Notes: a model not told the origin generated them from the letters alone. A stretch of DNA of 62,807 nucleotides, filler included, from Octopus bimaculoides (GCF_001194135.2; 4 parts of 3 records of this genome joined end to end with filler, not necessarily neighbours in it), one strand, 5' to 3'. Shown: positions 46,610 to 60,084, numbered from the whole stretch's first letter. Numbers and translations are program-made.

Positions 46610-48419
46610 GGCAACCAAACTATAAAACCAGTTTTATTTTTACTTAGCAATTAAACTGAAGCGGCCTTGAAATGAGCCTATGGGTGTGTACTTTTCTCCT
46701 CTGATTAAAAGAAATGTTATGAGAAAAAGTCATAAGGAATATTCTTTCATTGCTTGAATTTTTTTATATAGCTTTCTGGAGGAACGTAACACTTTCTCAG
46801 AAATAAAAGGGCTCTTGATAATTAACAGTGGTTTTTCTTAAGAAGGACTTCCAACTGTAAAAAGGTTAACACTTGCCTTAAGCAAATTAAAACACTTATT
46901 TATATTTAGACAACTATTAGACACAAGACAACATGTATGAGCATGGAAGTTGTGTGGCTTAGTGGTCAGGGTGTTGGACTCATGATCGCAAGATTATGGT
47001 TTCGATTCCTGGACTAGGTGATGCATTGTATTCTTCAGTAAAACGCTTCATTTCATGTTGCTCCAGTCCACTCAGCTGGCAAAAGTGAGTAATCTTATGA
47101 TGGACCAATGTCCTGTTCAAGGAGAAAAATATATATGCGCCATGGAAACAGGCTCTATGAGTCTATATGACTCAGAAAAGGATGTATATCCTTTTTTATT
47201 TAACATGAATGAGTAAATATAAAGAGATTTATGGTAACCACTGACATCACTTACATAATCGGTTTAGCATTTGTTCTTTAACATAACAAACACGTCAAAC
47301 ATTTTGTTAGCAAAATTGTAGAAATATAAGATAACCTTACAATAACTTTGATAAGACTGAAACAAAAAGAAAAGAAAAAAATTCAACCAAGATACTCCTT
47401 ATGTCTTTTTGCTTTATTATTTGTGTTTATGAATTCAGTTCTTCCCTCAAATTAGCAGTCTTTCAACATGATACACTGATATCTTTAATGACCAAATAAT
47501 GTAATGAAATAGCCTGGAAATCAGCTCCAATTACTTCAAGCAAAGATTAGAAATAGTTTACTTTAACAATCCCAGCAGTTCCTGTTCCCCATACCACCTC
47601 CCCGCACGACACTTCATGTGTGCCAAGTCTAAATTTTCTGGCTTTCTTGTAATTCTAAACTGACATGGAAAACAATACCAATGTCGTCATCATTGTCTTT
47701 AGTACTGGAAAATACATTTTTTTTTAATATATCTATCATCATATTATTAAAACAAACACTGCCATTATCGTGGTTCTATGACAATATCAATGCTCTAAGA
47801 GCTGACTCCATTTACAATTACGACTTATACAAGTAAAAAAAAGAAGATTATTTAGTTTCAGTGTGTGTGTGCACGCGCGTGTGCATGCATGTGTGTGTGC
47901 TTGTGTGTGTGTGTGCTTGTGTGTGTGTGTGCTTGTGTGTAAGAATTAAATCAAGCTTTGCAATTTACTTCTCATATCAACTCTTATGTCATCCTAATAT
48001 AAGGTGAGCTGCATCACAAAAATGCACTTTATGTACATAAAATGCTACTGTCTTTGTCCTAGTTAATTCTTGTATCACCACCATTGTGTTCCAACTTGAT
48101 CCCCCTTTTTTTTGTAATTCTCCATGTATAAAATGTAGTTCAGATGAGAGGGAGAGATAACTAGAGGCACCGAAAAGAATAATTAGTAAGAAGGGATAAT
48201 ATGGAGAAAAAAGATGGATGCTAAAAGTAAGTAGCATAAAAGAGATAAAATATGTGCAGATACGCTCTCATAAAATTACAACAGCTGAATAGAGTAGAAG
48301 TGGAATGGAGGGATGGGTGTTAGGAAGATGAGAGGTGGGGAAAACATGACAGGAATAGATTGAGAGGAGTGTCCAGTGATTGTATAGGTATAAAACAATG
48401 CTTTTAGGATCAAACTTTT

Positions 48420-48863
48420 AACATAATAGATGGTGCTTCTCAATCACAATGGACCACTAATTATCATGGTCCTTTGTCATCTCCTCCACGAAGCTCAACT
48501 CTCTGAAAGCAGCCTTCATAGTCCTATGTCTTCCAGGATCTCCCTCTTACACAAGTTCCATCCATGTAAAGAAGTCAGTATTTCTTTATACAGCTGTCCT
48601 CATCCATATATATCACATAGCCATACTAGCACAGAGTTCTTTTGTGCACTATATCTGGTTCCTCTTATGTCTAACTTTTTTCACAACACAACTGTGCTTT
48701 GTCATACATGCACACTAACATTGCTTGTCCAATAGAAAATATTAGCTTAATTCCTTTGTAGTCTTCACATGACTTACATCCAGGGCCCACATCTCACTAC
48801 AATGTAGCATTGCTGTTTGTACACAAGCATCATGCAATCTAACTTTCACTTTCACTTTGTGTG

Positions 48864-48902
<39 letters not shown>

Positions 48903-49045
48903 AACAGCTTTCTAAACTTTTACCATCCTATTCTTATTTTACCAACTATACTTTCAAAACATTTCCCTTCATTGCTAATTAGGTCACCTAAGTAACAAAA
49001 ACTACCTACTACCTCCATGGAACTTCCAGGGCATTTGAGGAAATC
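48420..49045 (-). mobile_element. RTE LINE ORF2 remnant (C-terminal to RT), split by (GA)n
   Basis: SMEVVGSFCYLGDLISNEGKCFESIVGKIRIGW followed by ...AMLHCSEMWALD... match RTE motifs V..F.YLG.......RI...W and LYGSE.W.L. Confidence 0.8.
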
Positions 49046-50326
49046 TATTGCCCATATGTCATTAGTGTTTACTATTTTATATGTATATGAGAGGATTCTT
49101 TCAGTTTCTACACACACAAAGCTCTGATCGTTTAGAGCCTGTAGTAGAAGATACTTGCCCAAAATGTTATAAAGAGGGACTGAACCATACATATTGTTGG
49201 GAAGCAAATTTCTTAAGCACCAGAATTGATAGATAAGTATATTAAATCAAAAGTTGACAGTTTACTCAGAGTTTCATGCAAGGCTAGGCTGTTCTTGATT
49301 GTGGAATAAATTAAACTGCCTGTAGTTTGGGTTGATCATAGATGGGTCTGTAACAGGAATATTTGGCAGTTGCAAACACTTAGGAATCGAAACTGGATTC
49401 CTAAGTTTCAACAATCAGGACTTGTGTTGGTGATCAGTGGTGTCAGCAGTCATTTAGCCAATCCAATCCTAAGCAGAAATCACTGTGTCAGCATAAATGT
49501 GATTATGTTAGAGGCTCCAATTAAGTCTTTGATTTCATACAATATTTAAAGTGTTAAAAGTATAATCTTTCGACAAATATTGTTATAAATGGAATAATAT
49601 AGATACTAATGTGACAAGAAGTAAACATAAATGTAGAATTGCCAATACATCAGGTGAAATGCTTGGCAGTATTTCTTCCAGCTCTTTATGTTCTGAGTTC
49701 AAATTTCGCTGAGATCAACTTTGCCTTTCATCTTTTTGGGGTTGATAAAATAAGTACCAGCCAAATACCAAGATCTATGTAACTGACTTGCTCCTGACAA
49801 GTATGGACATCAACTTCAGACATATTTTGGTGCTATTAGACCTCCTCAATAAATTATAGCTTCCTTTGTACTTAGTAGATTAGTGATAAGAAATCACTAG
49901 ATTAATGTACAATAATATATACAACGGAATATCAGACATTATCATAATGACTGCAAGAAACCAGTCTTCCTCATCATAAAACATCAGTTAATTCAGGATA
50001 ATAATACAGTGAAACAGAAAATAATCTTCTTCTTCTTCTTCTTGTCGTTTAACGTCCGCTTTCCATGCTAGCATGGGTTGGACGATTTGACTGAGGACTG
50101 GTGAAACCAGATGGCTACACCAGGCTCCAATCTAATTTGGCAGAGTTTCTACAGCTGGATGCCCTTCCTAACGCCAACCACTCAGAGAGTGTAGTGGGTG
50201 CTTTTACGTGTCACCCGCACGAAGGCCAGTCAGGCGGTACTGGCAACGGCCACGCTCAAAATGGTGCAATTCATGTGCCACCCGCACAAGAGCCAGTCCA
50301 GGGTCACTGGCAACGATCTCGCTAAA

Positions 50327-50426
50327 NNNNNNNNNNNNNNNNNNNNNNNNNNNNNNNNNNNNNNNNNNNNTTAATTAATTAANNNNNNNNNNNNNNNNNN
50401 NNNNNNNNNNNNNNNNNNNNNNNNNN
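50327..50426. other. Artificial scaffold linker (44 N + TTAATTAATTAA + 44 N)
   Basis: Same 100-bp structure as 20235-20334. Confidence 0.95.
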
Positions 50427-50964
50427 TGGCGTGGGCTCCCACCCTGGCATCCGAAACTCGGAGTTTTATCATGGCTACCGAATAAGTGTCACATAATTTT
50501 ACAGATAAATTCCTCTATTTGCATAATATCGAGGTCTCTTTCTTTCTTTTGTTGTCCTTCCTGTCATATATATATATATATATACACGCATATATGTTTA
50601 TGCTGTGATTTGGTGCTTTCCACAGTTACAATGTCTGGCCACTGGTGTGACTGTAGCTGTTGTACCTACTCTGGTAGCCGCGATATTTTCTTGGTATCGA
50701 ATACAGTGTATCTCTTCTATACCAGAATGATAATACACTGCTTCGTCTATCGGTATATCGCTGATAGCTCTGCAAGACACCGAATTTGAACCGTCAACCT
50801 TCACTGTGACTCGAACTCGACTATAACACGCAACTGACACGTAACTCCAACTGAGAACTCGTACAACGACTCGACAACGACTGACGCATGACTCCCCGTA
50901 CTAGTTGACTTCGGCTCACTATATATTGTCCCGTGGGAGGTGCGTACCATTTCCATTACATTTG

Positions 50965-51050
50965 TCCTAAGCCGCTTTGACTATTGCTCCCAGCTATGGC
51001 CACCAACCAGTGTAAAATTAATTGCAGAACTTGAGGCAATCCAACAATCC
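50965..51050 (+). mobile_element. CR1-like LINE fragment
   Basis: FVLSRFDYCSQLWPPTSVKLIAELEAIQQ resembles the CR1 motif LV.SRL.YC..LW.P...LE.VQR. It is truncated at a (CA)n tract. Confidence 0.7.
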
Positions 51051-51258
51051 AACACACACACACACACACACATTTCCCCACTAATTTGCGCATATAGGCG
51101 CAGGCATGGCTGTGTGATAAGAAGCTTGCTTCCGAACTACATGGTTCCGGGTTCCTGTGTGGGATCTTCGGCAAAGTGTCTTCTACTGTAGTCTCGGGCC
51201 AACCAAAGCCTTGTGAGTGGATTTGGTTGACGGAAACTGAAAGAATCCCGTCGTATAC

Positions 51259-51317
<59 letters not shown>

Positions 51318-52017
51318 TGTCTGTGTTTGTCCCCCGTCTATTACCGCTTGTCAACCAATGTTGGTGTGTTTCTGTCTCCGTAAATAACGGTTCGGCAAAA
51401 AGGTTCGATTGACAAGTGCTAAGCTTGCAAATGTTTAGTATTTGGTTTGTATCTTAATGCTAAAACCCTTTAAGGTGGTGCCCCAGCTTGGCCGCAGTCA
51501 AATGGCTGAAATATTTAAAAGAATATGCGCACACGCACTGCTACAAACGCACACCTAAACACCTAAACACCTACACACACGCGCGTGCGCGCAAATGCAG
51601 ACTCACGCTCCCACATACGCACCCTGATACATAAACACACTTTAGCACACATAAGTATACACATGGACTAAACAGGACCCATAAACACACACATGCATAC
51701 ACATATGTGCATACATAAGGTGAAAGTAAATTGGATAGAAACGCACACACACACAGATAAAAACGAACATACACACACATATACACACATATACACGTAT
51801 GTACGCATACACTCACACGTATACACACATAGACACACACACACGTATACACACATACATTCAAACGTATATACACATACACGCTCTCGCTCATATACAC
51901 ATAAATACCCACGTATACACACATACACATATACACGTATATGCACATACACACTCACGTATATACAAAATCACACACACTCATTCCAATAGAATAATAC
52001 TGACCAATACACAAGTA

Positions 52018-52052
<35 letters not shown>

Positions 52053-53057
52053 NNNNNNNNNNNNNNNNNNNNNNNNNNNNNNNNNNNNNNNNNNNNNNNN
52101 NNNNNNNNNNNNNNNNNNNNNNNNNNNNNNNNNNNNNNNNNNNNNNNNNNNNNNNNNNNNNNNNNNNNNNNNNNNNNNNNNNNNNNNNNNNNNNNNNNNN
52201 NNNNNNNNNNNNNNNNNNNNNNNNNNNNNNNNNNNNNNNNNNNNNNNNNNNNNNNNNNNNNNNNNNNNNNNNNNNNNNNNNNNNNNNNNNNNNNNNNNNN
52301 NNNNNNNNNNNNNNNNNNNNNNNNNNNNNNNNNNNNNNNNNNNNNNNNNNNNNNNNNNNNNNNNNNNNNNNNNNNNNNNNNNNNNNNNNNNNNNNNNNNN
52401 NNNNNNNNNNNNNNNNNNNNNNNNNNNNNNNNNNNNNNNNNNNNNNNNNNNNNNNNNNNNNNNNNNNNNNNNNNNNNNNNNNNNNNNNNNNNNNNNNNNN
52501 NNNNNNNNNNNNNNNNNNNNNNNNNNNNNNNNNNNNNNNNNNNNNNNNNNNNNNNNNNNNNNNNNNNNNNNNNNNNNNNNNNNNNNNNNNNNNNNNNNNN
52601 NNNNNNNNNNNNNNNNNNNNNNNNNNNNNNNNNNNNNNNNNNNNNNNNNNNNNNNNNNNNNNNNNNNNNNNNNNNNNNNNNNNNNNNNNNNNNNNNNNNN
52701 NNNNNNNNNNNNNNNNNNNNNNNNNNNNNNNNNNNNNNNNNNNNNNNNNNNNNNNNNNNNNNNNNNNNNNNNNNNNNNNNNNNNNNNNNNNNNNNNNNNN
52801 NNNNNNNNNNNNNNNNNNNNNNNNNNNNNNNNNNNNNNNNNNNNNNNNNNNNNNNNNNNNNNNNNNNNNNNNNNNNNNNNNNNNNNNNNNNNNNNNNNNN
52901 NNNNNNNNNNNNNNNNNNNNNNNNNNNNNNNNNNNNNNNNNNNNNNNNNNNNNNNNNNNNNNNNNNNNNNNNNNNNNNNNNNNNNNNNNNNNNNNNNNNN
53001 NNNNNNNNNNNNNNNNNNNNNNNNNNNNNNNNNNNNNNNNNNNNNNNAGGTAGATGT

Positions 53058-53477
53058 ACTCTTTTACTCTTTTACTCTTTTACTCTTTTACTTGTTTCAG
53101 TCATTTGACTGTAGCCATGCTGGAGCACCGCCTTTAGTCGAGCAACTCGACCCCAGGACTTATTCTTTGTAAGCCTAGTACTTATTCTATCGGTCTCTTT
53201 TGCCAAACCGCTAAGTTACGGGGACGTAAACACACCACCATCGGTTGTCAAGCGATGTTGGAAGGACAAACACAGACTCACAAACACATACACATACATA
53301 TATATATATATACATATATACGACGGGCTTCTTTCAGTTTCCGCCTACCAAATCCACTTTCAAGGCTTTGGTCGGCCCGAAACTATAGTAGAAGACACTT
53401 GCCCAAGGTGCCACGCAGTGGGACTGAACCCTAGACCATGTGGTTGGTAAGCAAGCTACTTACCACACAGCCACTCC
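53058..53477 (-). mobile_element. tRNA-derived SINE (family A), full length, young
   Basis: Reverse complement of 12171-12540, with four tail repeats, an internal (CA/TA)n tract and most CpGs intact. Confidence 0.9.
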
Positions 53478-53783
53478 TACGCCTATATATATATATATAG
53501 ATAAACATATAGATAGATAGATAGATAGATTGATACAAAAACTGCATTTGCATACACACATATTATATTCAGAGAGAGAAGAGAGAGTGAGAGAGAAAGA
53601 GAAAGAGAGAGAAAGAAAGAAAGAGAGACAGAGAGAAAGAAAGAAAAAGACCAAGAGAAAGCGGTGAATGAATAGGTTCAGTTAGATAGTTATCCATCCA
53701 CCTATTTGTCTGTCTGCCTGTGCGTGTGTGTCTGTGTGTGTGTGTGTGTCTGTCTGTCTGTCTGTCTGTCTGTNNNNNNNNNN

Positions 53784-53826
<43 letters not shown>

Positions 53827-53974
53827 GAAATGTGTGTGTATCGATGTATGTATATATAGATGTAAATGTATATATATGTTTATGTGTAGGGATGTGATTA
53901 GTTAGAAAAACTAGAGATCAGAAAGAGATATATATGGATAGATTGACAGGTAGATAGAGAGAGAGAGAGGTAGG

Positions 53975-54009
<35 letters not shown>

Positions 54010-54015
54010 GTAGAT

Positions 54016-54051
<36 letters not shown>

Positions 54052-55031
54052 NNNNNNNNNNNNNNNNNNNNNNNNNNNNNNNNNNNNNNNNNNNNNNNNN
54101 NNNNNNNNNNNNNNNNNNNNNNNNNNNNNNNNNNNNNNNNNNNNNNNNNNNNNNNNNNNNNNNNNNNNNNNNNNNNNNNNNNNNNNNNNNNNNNNNNNNN
54201 NNNNNNNNNNNNNNNNNNNNNNNNNNNNNNNNNNNNNNNNNNNNNNNNNNNNNNNNNNNNNNNNNNNNNNNNNNNNNNNNNNNNNNNNNNNNNNNNNNNN
54301 NNNNNNNNNNNNNNNNNNNNNNNNNNNNNNNNNNNNNNNNNNNNNNNNNNNNNNNNNNNNNNNNNNNNNNNNNNNNNNNNNNNNNNNNNNNNNNNNNNNN
54401 NNNNNNNNNNNNNNNNNNNNNNNNNNNNNNNNNNNNNNNNNNNNNNNNNNNNNNNNNNNNNNNNNNNNNNNNNNNNNNNNNNNNNNNNNNNNNNNNNNNN
54501 NNNNNNNNNNNNNNNNNNNNNNNNNNNNNNNNNNNNNNNNNNNNNNNNNNNNNNNNNNNNNNNNNNNNNNNNNNNNNNNNNNNNNNNNNNNNNNNNNNNN
54601 NNNNNNNNNNNNNNNNNNNNNNNNNNNNNNNNNNNNNNNNNNNNNNNNNNNNNNNNNNNNNNNNNNNNNNNNNNNNNNNNNNNNNNNNNNNNNNNNNNNN
54701 NNNNNNNNNNNNNNNNNNNNNNNNNNNNNNNNNNNNNNNNNNNNNNNNNNNNNNNNNNNNNNNNNNNNNNNNNNNNNNNNNNNNNNNNNNNNNNNNNNNN
54801 NNNNNNNNNNNNNNNNNNNNNNNNNNNNNNNNNNNNNNNNNNNNNNNNNNNNNNNNNCTCTCTCTATCTCTCTATCTATAGTTATATAGATGAAGAGAGA
54901 TAGAGGGAGAGGTATGCTAAAACACGGAAGATGTTATTAAACCAAGAATTAATCAAACGCACGCACACACACACACACGGACCACCTCCATAAACACTCA
55001 TATTCGCAATCACACAGATGCATACACACAC

Positions 55032-55074
<43 letters not shown>

Positions 55075-55215
55075 CGCTAGACATTGTCCGTCCTTTGCAA
55101 ACCTCAAATAGCGTCGCCATGCTAAGTGTGAGTTAATGAGAGAAAGCGAGAAAGAAAGGAGAGAGAGAGCGAAAGAGAGAGAAAGCGAAAGAGATAGAGG
55201 GAAAGAGAGAGCCAA

Positions 55216-55253
<38 letters not shown>

Positions 55254-55462
55254 AAATAGAAAACAGAGCGATAGAGAGTGTGTGTGTGTGAAACGGAGTG
55301 AGAGTGAACCGGAGACCGAAAGTAAAAACTAGCGCTTAGAGAGAGAGAGAGGGCAGTCCACATCAACACGGCAAAAGTGATTGTCACAATGACACGTGAT
55401 CAGCTTGATTAAACCAATCATAGGGCAGTGATTGGTTTAAATGTTAAGGTTTATAGTGAAGT

Positions 55463-55483
55463 GGGGTGGGGTGGGGTAGGGGG
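55463..55483 (+). other. G-quadruplex-forming motif GGGGTGGGGTGGGGTAGGGGG
   Basis: Four G4-G5 tracts with 1-2 nt loops. Confidence 0.6.
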
Positions 55484-56102
55484 TGGTGGTGATGTGTGAG
55501 TGATGGTGGGAGTGTGTGTAGGGCATTATAAGTGTGTGTGTATATTCATACGTGACTGTTGTGTGTGTACGTTGGGTACAAGAACTGCGTCTGTGTATGT
55601 ATGTATGTATGTATGTATGTATGTATGTATGTATGTATGCGTGTGTATGTATTGTTTTAATGTTTTATTCTTTTACTCGTTTTCATTCATTTGACTGCGG
55701 CCATGCTGGAGCACCGCCTTTAGTCGAACGAATCGACCCCCAGAACCTATTCTTTGTAAGCCTAGTACGTATTCTATGGGTCTCTTTTGCCGAACCGCTA
55801 AGTTAGGGTGACGTAAACACACCAACATCAGTCGTCAAGCGATGGCGGGGGGACAAACACAGACACACAAACATACATACATACATACATATATACATAC
55901 ATATATATATNNNNNNNNNNNNNNNNNNNNNNNNNNNNNNNNNNNNNNNNNNNNNNNNNNNNNNNNNNNNNNNNNNNNNNNNNNNNNNNNNNNNNNNNNN
56001 NNNNNNNNNNNNNNNNNNNNNNNNNNNNNNNNNNNNNNNNNNNNNNNNNNNNNNNNNNNNNNNNNNNNNNNNNNNNNNNNNNNNNNNNNNNNNNNNNNNN
56101 NN

Positions 56103-56140
<38 letters not shown>

Positions 56141-57327
56141 GTGTGCGTGTGTGTGTGCCTGTTTGTCTTTGTGTCTTTGTTTCTCCCCCATCGTCACCTA
56201 ACAGCCGGTGTTGGAGTGTTCACATCGCCGTAACTTAGCTGTTCGGCAAAAGAAACCGATAGAACACTGTCATCGATTCGTCCGACTAAAATTGTCGTTT
56301 CGTTGCAAAGGCTTCATCCATCCGTTTGTTTAGTTCATTGTTGTGCTTTGCTTTCCGTGCTTCTAGTTCTCACAAGAGTATTAGACAAATAAGGGAGACG
56401 GCCCTTTGTACTTTCTGACCTTGCCAGAAATAACAGTCAAAACACTGTCACTCCGTCGGTTACGACGACGAGAGTTCCAGTTGATCCTATCAACAGAACA
56501 GCCTGCTCTTGAAACTAACGTGCAAGTGGCTGAGCATTCCACAGACATGCACGCATACTCTAAACGTAGTTAGCGAGATTCAGCGTTATAAAGATTGAGA
56601 CAAGGCAGACATTTTGAATTACAGATACCAAACTCATTTTTGCCATCTGAGTAAACTGGAGCAACGGGAAATAAAGTGTCTTGCTCAAGGACACAACACG
56701 TCGCCAGGAATTGAGCACACGACCTTATGATCGTGAGCCGAATACACTAACCACTAAGCCACGGGCATTTACACCAGCCGAATATTGTACCGATAATACC
56801 CTAGTGACTTAATAAAAAGGGATACTGGATAATGTAGCTCTATACTGGATGCAGACGGGTTGAATGTCCTTTACGATAGATCTTCCGGATCAGAGTGGAG
56901 GTGGAGGTGGCGGTGGAGAGGTTTAAACAATGACAAGAACAGGGAAGTATACGAGTCAACGATATAGCCATTACGTGGCACCCATGTGTACATGAGGATG
57001 AGATTGCGTACATATATATNNNNNNNNNNNNNNNNNNNNNNNNNNNNNNNNNNNNNNNNNNNNNNNNNNNNNNNNNNNNNNNNNNNNNNNNNNNNNNNNN
57101 NNNNNNNNNNNNNNNNNNNNNNNNNNNNNNNNNNNNNNNTATATATAATCATAAATATACAGGTATTAGCTTGAGTTGCTTCTCCAGCATACTGAAAATT
57201 TAGAAATAGCAGTCAAAGAACTACTGATTCCAAACTACAAATTTTTTCTCTAACGGATGGCGATATTTATGGCACACACAGAACAAAAAACAGAAGAGAA
57301 AAGCAAAAACAAACCTGCCTTTAGTTA

Positions 57328-57390
57328 ATTGGGTACGACGTTTCACGGTTAAGGGTATGAAGTTACCCTATTCCGATCTTCAGCTCCAAT
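57328..57390 (-). ncRNA. Hammerhead ribozyme-like motif, family HH-A copy 2
   Basis: Minus strand reads ATTGGAG-CTGAAGA-TCGG...AGGGTA/TACCCT...CCGT-GAAACGTCGTA/CCCAAT. The core is intact and helix II covaries with copy 1. Confidence 0.65.
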
Positions 57391-58506
57391 ATTCTAATAA
57401 ATCTGAAAGTGTCTAATAAACTCGTGTGAATTTTGACCATGCGACATCAAGACCACGTGAGGCAGGCACTTACAAATTTATCGGCTATATATGTATGTAT
57501 GTATATATATATATATATGGAAGTGCTCCAGCATGGCCATAGTAAAATGACTGAAACACAAAAGAATAAAAGAATATATATATATATATATGTACGTGTT
57601 CGTGTATGGGCGGGTATGTGTGTATGTATGAGTACGTACATACGTATATGTTTGTGTGTGCATGTGTGTGTCTGCATGTGCGTATAGATGTTTGTGTGCG
57701 TGCGTACGTATGTAGACGTTGTGAACGCTGGTGGTTTATGTCTAAGTTTGTTATTTTTTGTGAGAATATGATTGTGTGTATATTTTTATATAATTATTTT
57801 ATATATATTTTTCAGCATGTTTTTTTAAAAAATCCTTTTCTTTTTCCATCTATTAGAGTTACTTCCCTTATATTCAACGGTTTTTCGTAGCGTCTGTTAC
57901 CATTAACAGCCGACGAGAATGTATCGTAGCTCTTCGCTCAGACATTTGAAACCCTGAGTACTATAATGACAACCGTTTACTGTTTGCCCTAATATATAAA
58001 ACACACACACACACATACACACAAAACAAATGAGAGAAACAAGAAATGGAATTCACGAGATTCCTTATTAATCACAAAGATCGCTTCGGTCCATCATGCA
58101 TCGATACCTCGCAGGTGAGATAAAATAGGACTAGTCTTGGTGCATCCTTCGGTATAGGTGTATCTCGTCGGAATACTTTTCAAAAGGTACCTCGTTCAAT
58201 AAACTCGGTTCCGCTTGGTTCATTTATACAGCATGTTGTTATTTGTCTGCAGGTGGTTGCCTATAAGCTTCTTGGAATGTGCTTTAAACGGCATACTGCC
58301 AGGTATACATCCAACCTTTAATTAACTACTTACACATACATACATACATACAAGCAAAAGTACCCTGTTGTTGATGTTGAAATTCCAATGAAGGAACCTT
58401 GGATCTAGGTTAGAAACCGGTTCTTTCTCTATTGGCAAGAAATTTTGAAATAAACTGAATAATGGCATACATGCATACATACGTACGTACAAACAGACAT
58501 ACATAC

Positions 58507-58554
<48 letters not shown>

Positions 58555-58893
58555 CTGTGTACATGCATGAACCTACATATACGTAGAAATTTGCGCAGAG
58601 GTTAAGAACTAGAGATACAAATACAAAACCATCCTCCTCCTCTTCCTCCTCCTCCTCCTCTTCCTCTTCCTCCTCCTTCCTCTCCTCTTCCTCACCATCT
58701 TCCACCCCTCCCACCACCACTACCATCACTACTCTGCAACGTACGTTCCTCCCCGCCATTGTAGTGGACAAAGACTACAAAAGTCAGTCTGTCCATATTA
58801 GACCACAACACAGACCATCACTCAAGGGTCACACAACGCTACCCCCACCCATCCATCCATCCATCCATCCATCCATCCATCCATCCATCCATC

Positions 58894-58993
58894 NNNNNNN
58901 NNNNNNNNNNNNNNNNNNNNNNNNNNNNNNNNNNNNNTTAATTAATTAANNNNNNNNNNNNNNNNNNNNNNNNNNNNNNNNNNNNNNNNNNNN
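58894..58993. other. Artificial scaffold linker (44 N + TTAATTAATTAA + 44 N)
   Basis: Same 100-bp structure as 20235-20334. Confidence 0.95.
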
Positions 58994-59608
58994 TACGGGG
59001 ACATGAGCACACCACCATCTTTTGTCAAGTGATGTTGGGGGGGGGGTCAAACACAGACACACAAACATATACACACACATACATATATATATATACATAT
59101 ATTCGACGGGCTTCTTTCAGTTTCCGTCTACCAAATCCACTCACAAGGCTTTATGACCCCATATATACTCTAGGCACAAGGCCCGAAATTTTGGGGGAGG
59201 GGGCCAGACAATTAGATCGATCCCAATACCCAACTGGTACTTAATTTATCGACCCCGAAAGGATGAAAGGCAAAGTCGACCTCGGTGGAATTTGAACTCA
59301 GAACATAGCGACGGGCGAAATACCGCTAAGCATTTCGTCCAGCCTGCTGACGTATGTCTATATATCTATGCGTGTGTGTCTTTATGTCTGTGTTTGTTCC
59401 CCCTCCCACCACTGTTTGACAACCAGTGCTGGTGTGTTTATCTCCCCGTAAGTTAGTGGTTAGGCAAACTAGACCGACACAATAGGTACCAGGCTTTAGA
59501 GAGTATAACAATTACTTGAGTTGGTACATTCGACTAGACTTTTTTCAAGGCAGTGCTCCGGCATGGCCGAAGTCTAATGAGGTAAAAGATATACCTATAT
59601 ATATGTAT

Positions 59609-59643
<35 letters not shown>

Positions 59644-59720
59644 ACCTAGATTGGTTTCGGCCAATTATCGGCCCAGGCCATGATTAACTCAATAGCACCA
59701 CTATATATATATATGTATAT

Positions 59721-59761
<41 letters not shown>

Positions 59762-59995
59762 NNNNNNNNNNNNNNNNNNNNNNNNNNNNNNNNNNNNNNN
59801 NNNNNNNNNNNNNNNNNNNNNNNNNNNNNNNNNNNNNNNNNNNNNNNNNNNNNNNNNNNNNNNNNNNNNNNNNNNNNNNNNNNNNNNNNNNNNNNNNNNN
59901 NNNNNNNNNNNNNNNNNNNNNNNNNNNNNNNNNNNNNNNNNNNNNNNNNNNNNNNNNNNNNNNNNNNNNNNNNNNNNNNNNNNNNNNNNNNNNNN

Positions 59996-60031
<36 letters not shown>

Positions 60032-60035
60032 TGTC

Positions 60036-60084
<49 letters not shown>

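Noticed and set aside
50598-50940. Possible LTR/gag remnant
   Set aside because: No PBS, TG..CA pair or intact CCHC motif was found. It is too degenerate to support.
58384-58430. CCAATGA...GAAACCGGTTC with a palindromic AACCGGTT
   Set aside because: U4 and G5 of the core are absent and no helix I can be formed.
58322-58771. 149-aa ORF with an acidic run
   Set aside because: The Glu run is a (CCT)n tract and the remainder is (TG)n/(TAC)n repeat. There is no splice or homology support.
59655-59695. Possible fourth hammerhead relic (minus strand TTAATCA-T-GGCC...GGCC-GAAACCAATC)
   Set aside because: Three of seven core positions and the triplet are wrong, and helix I is unconvincing.
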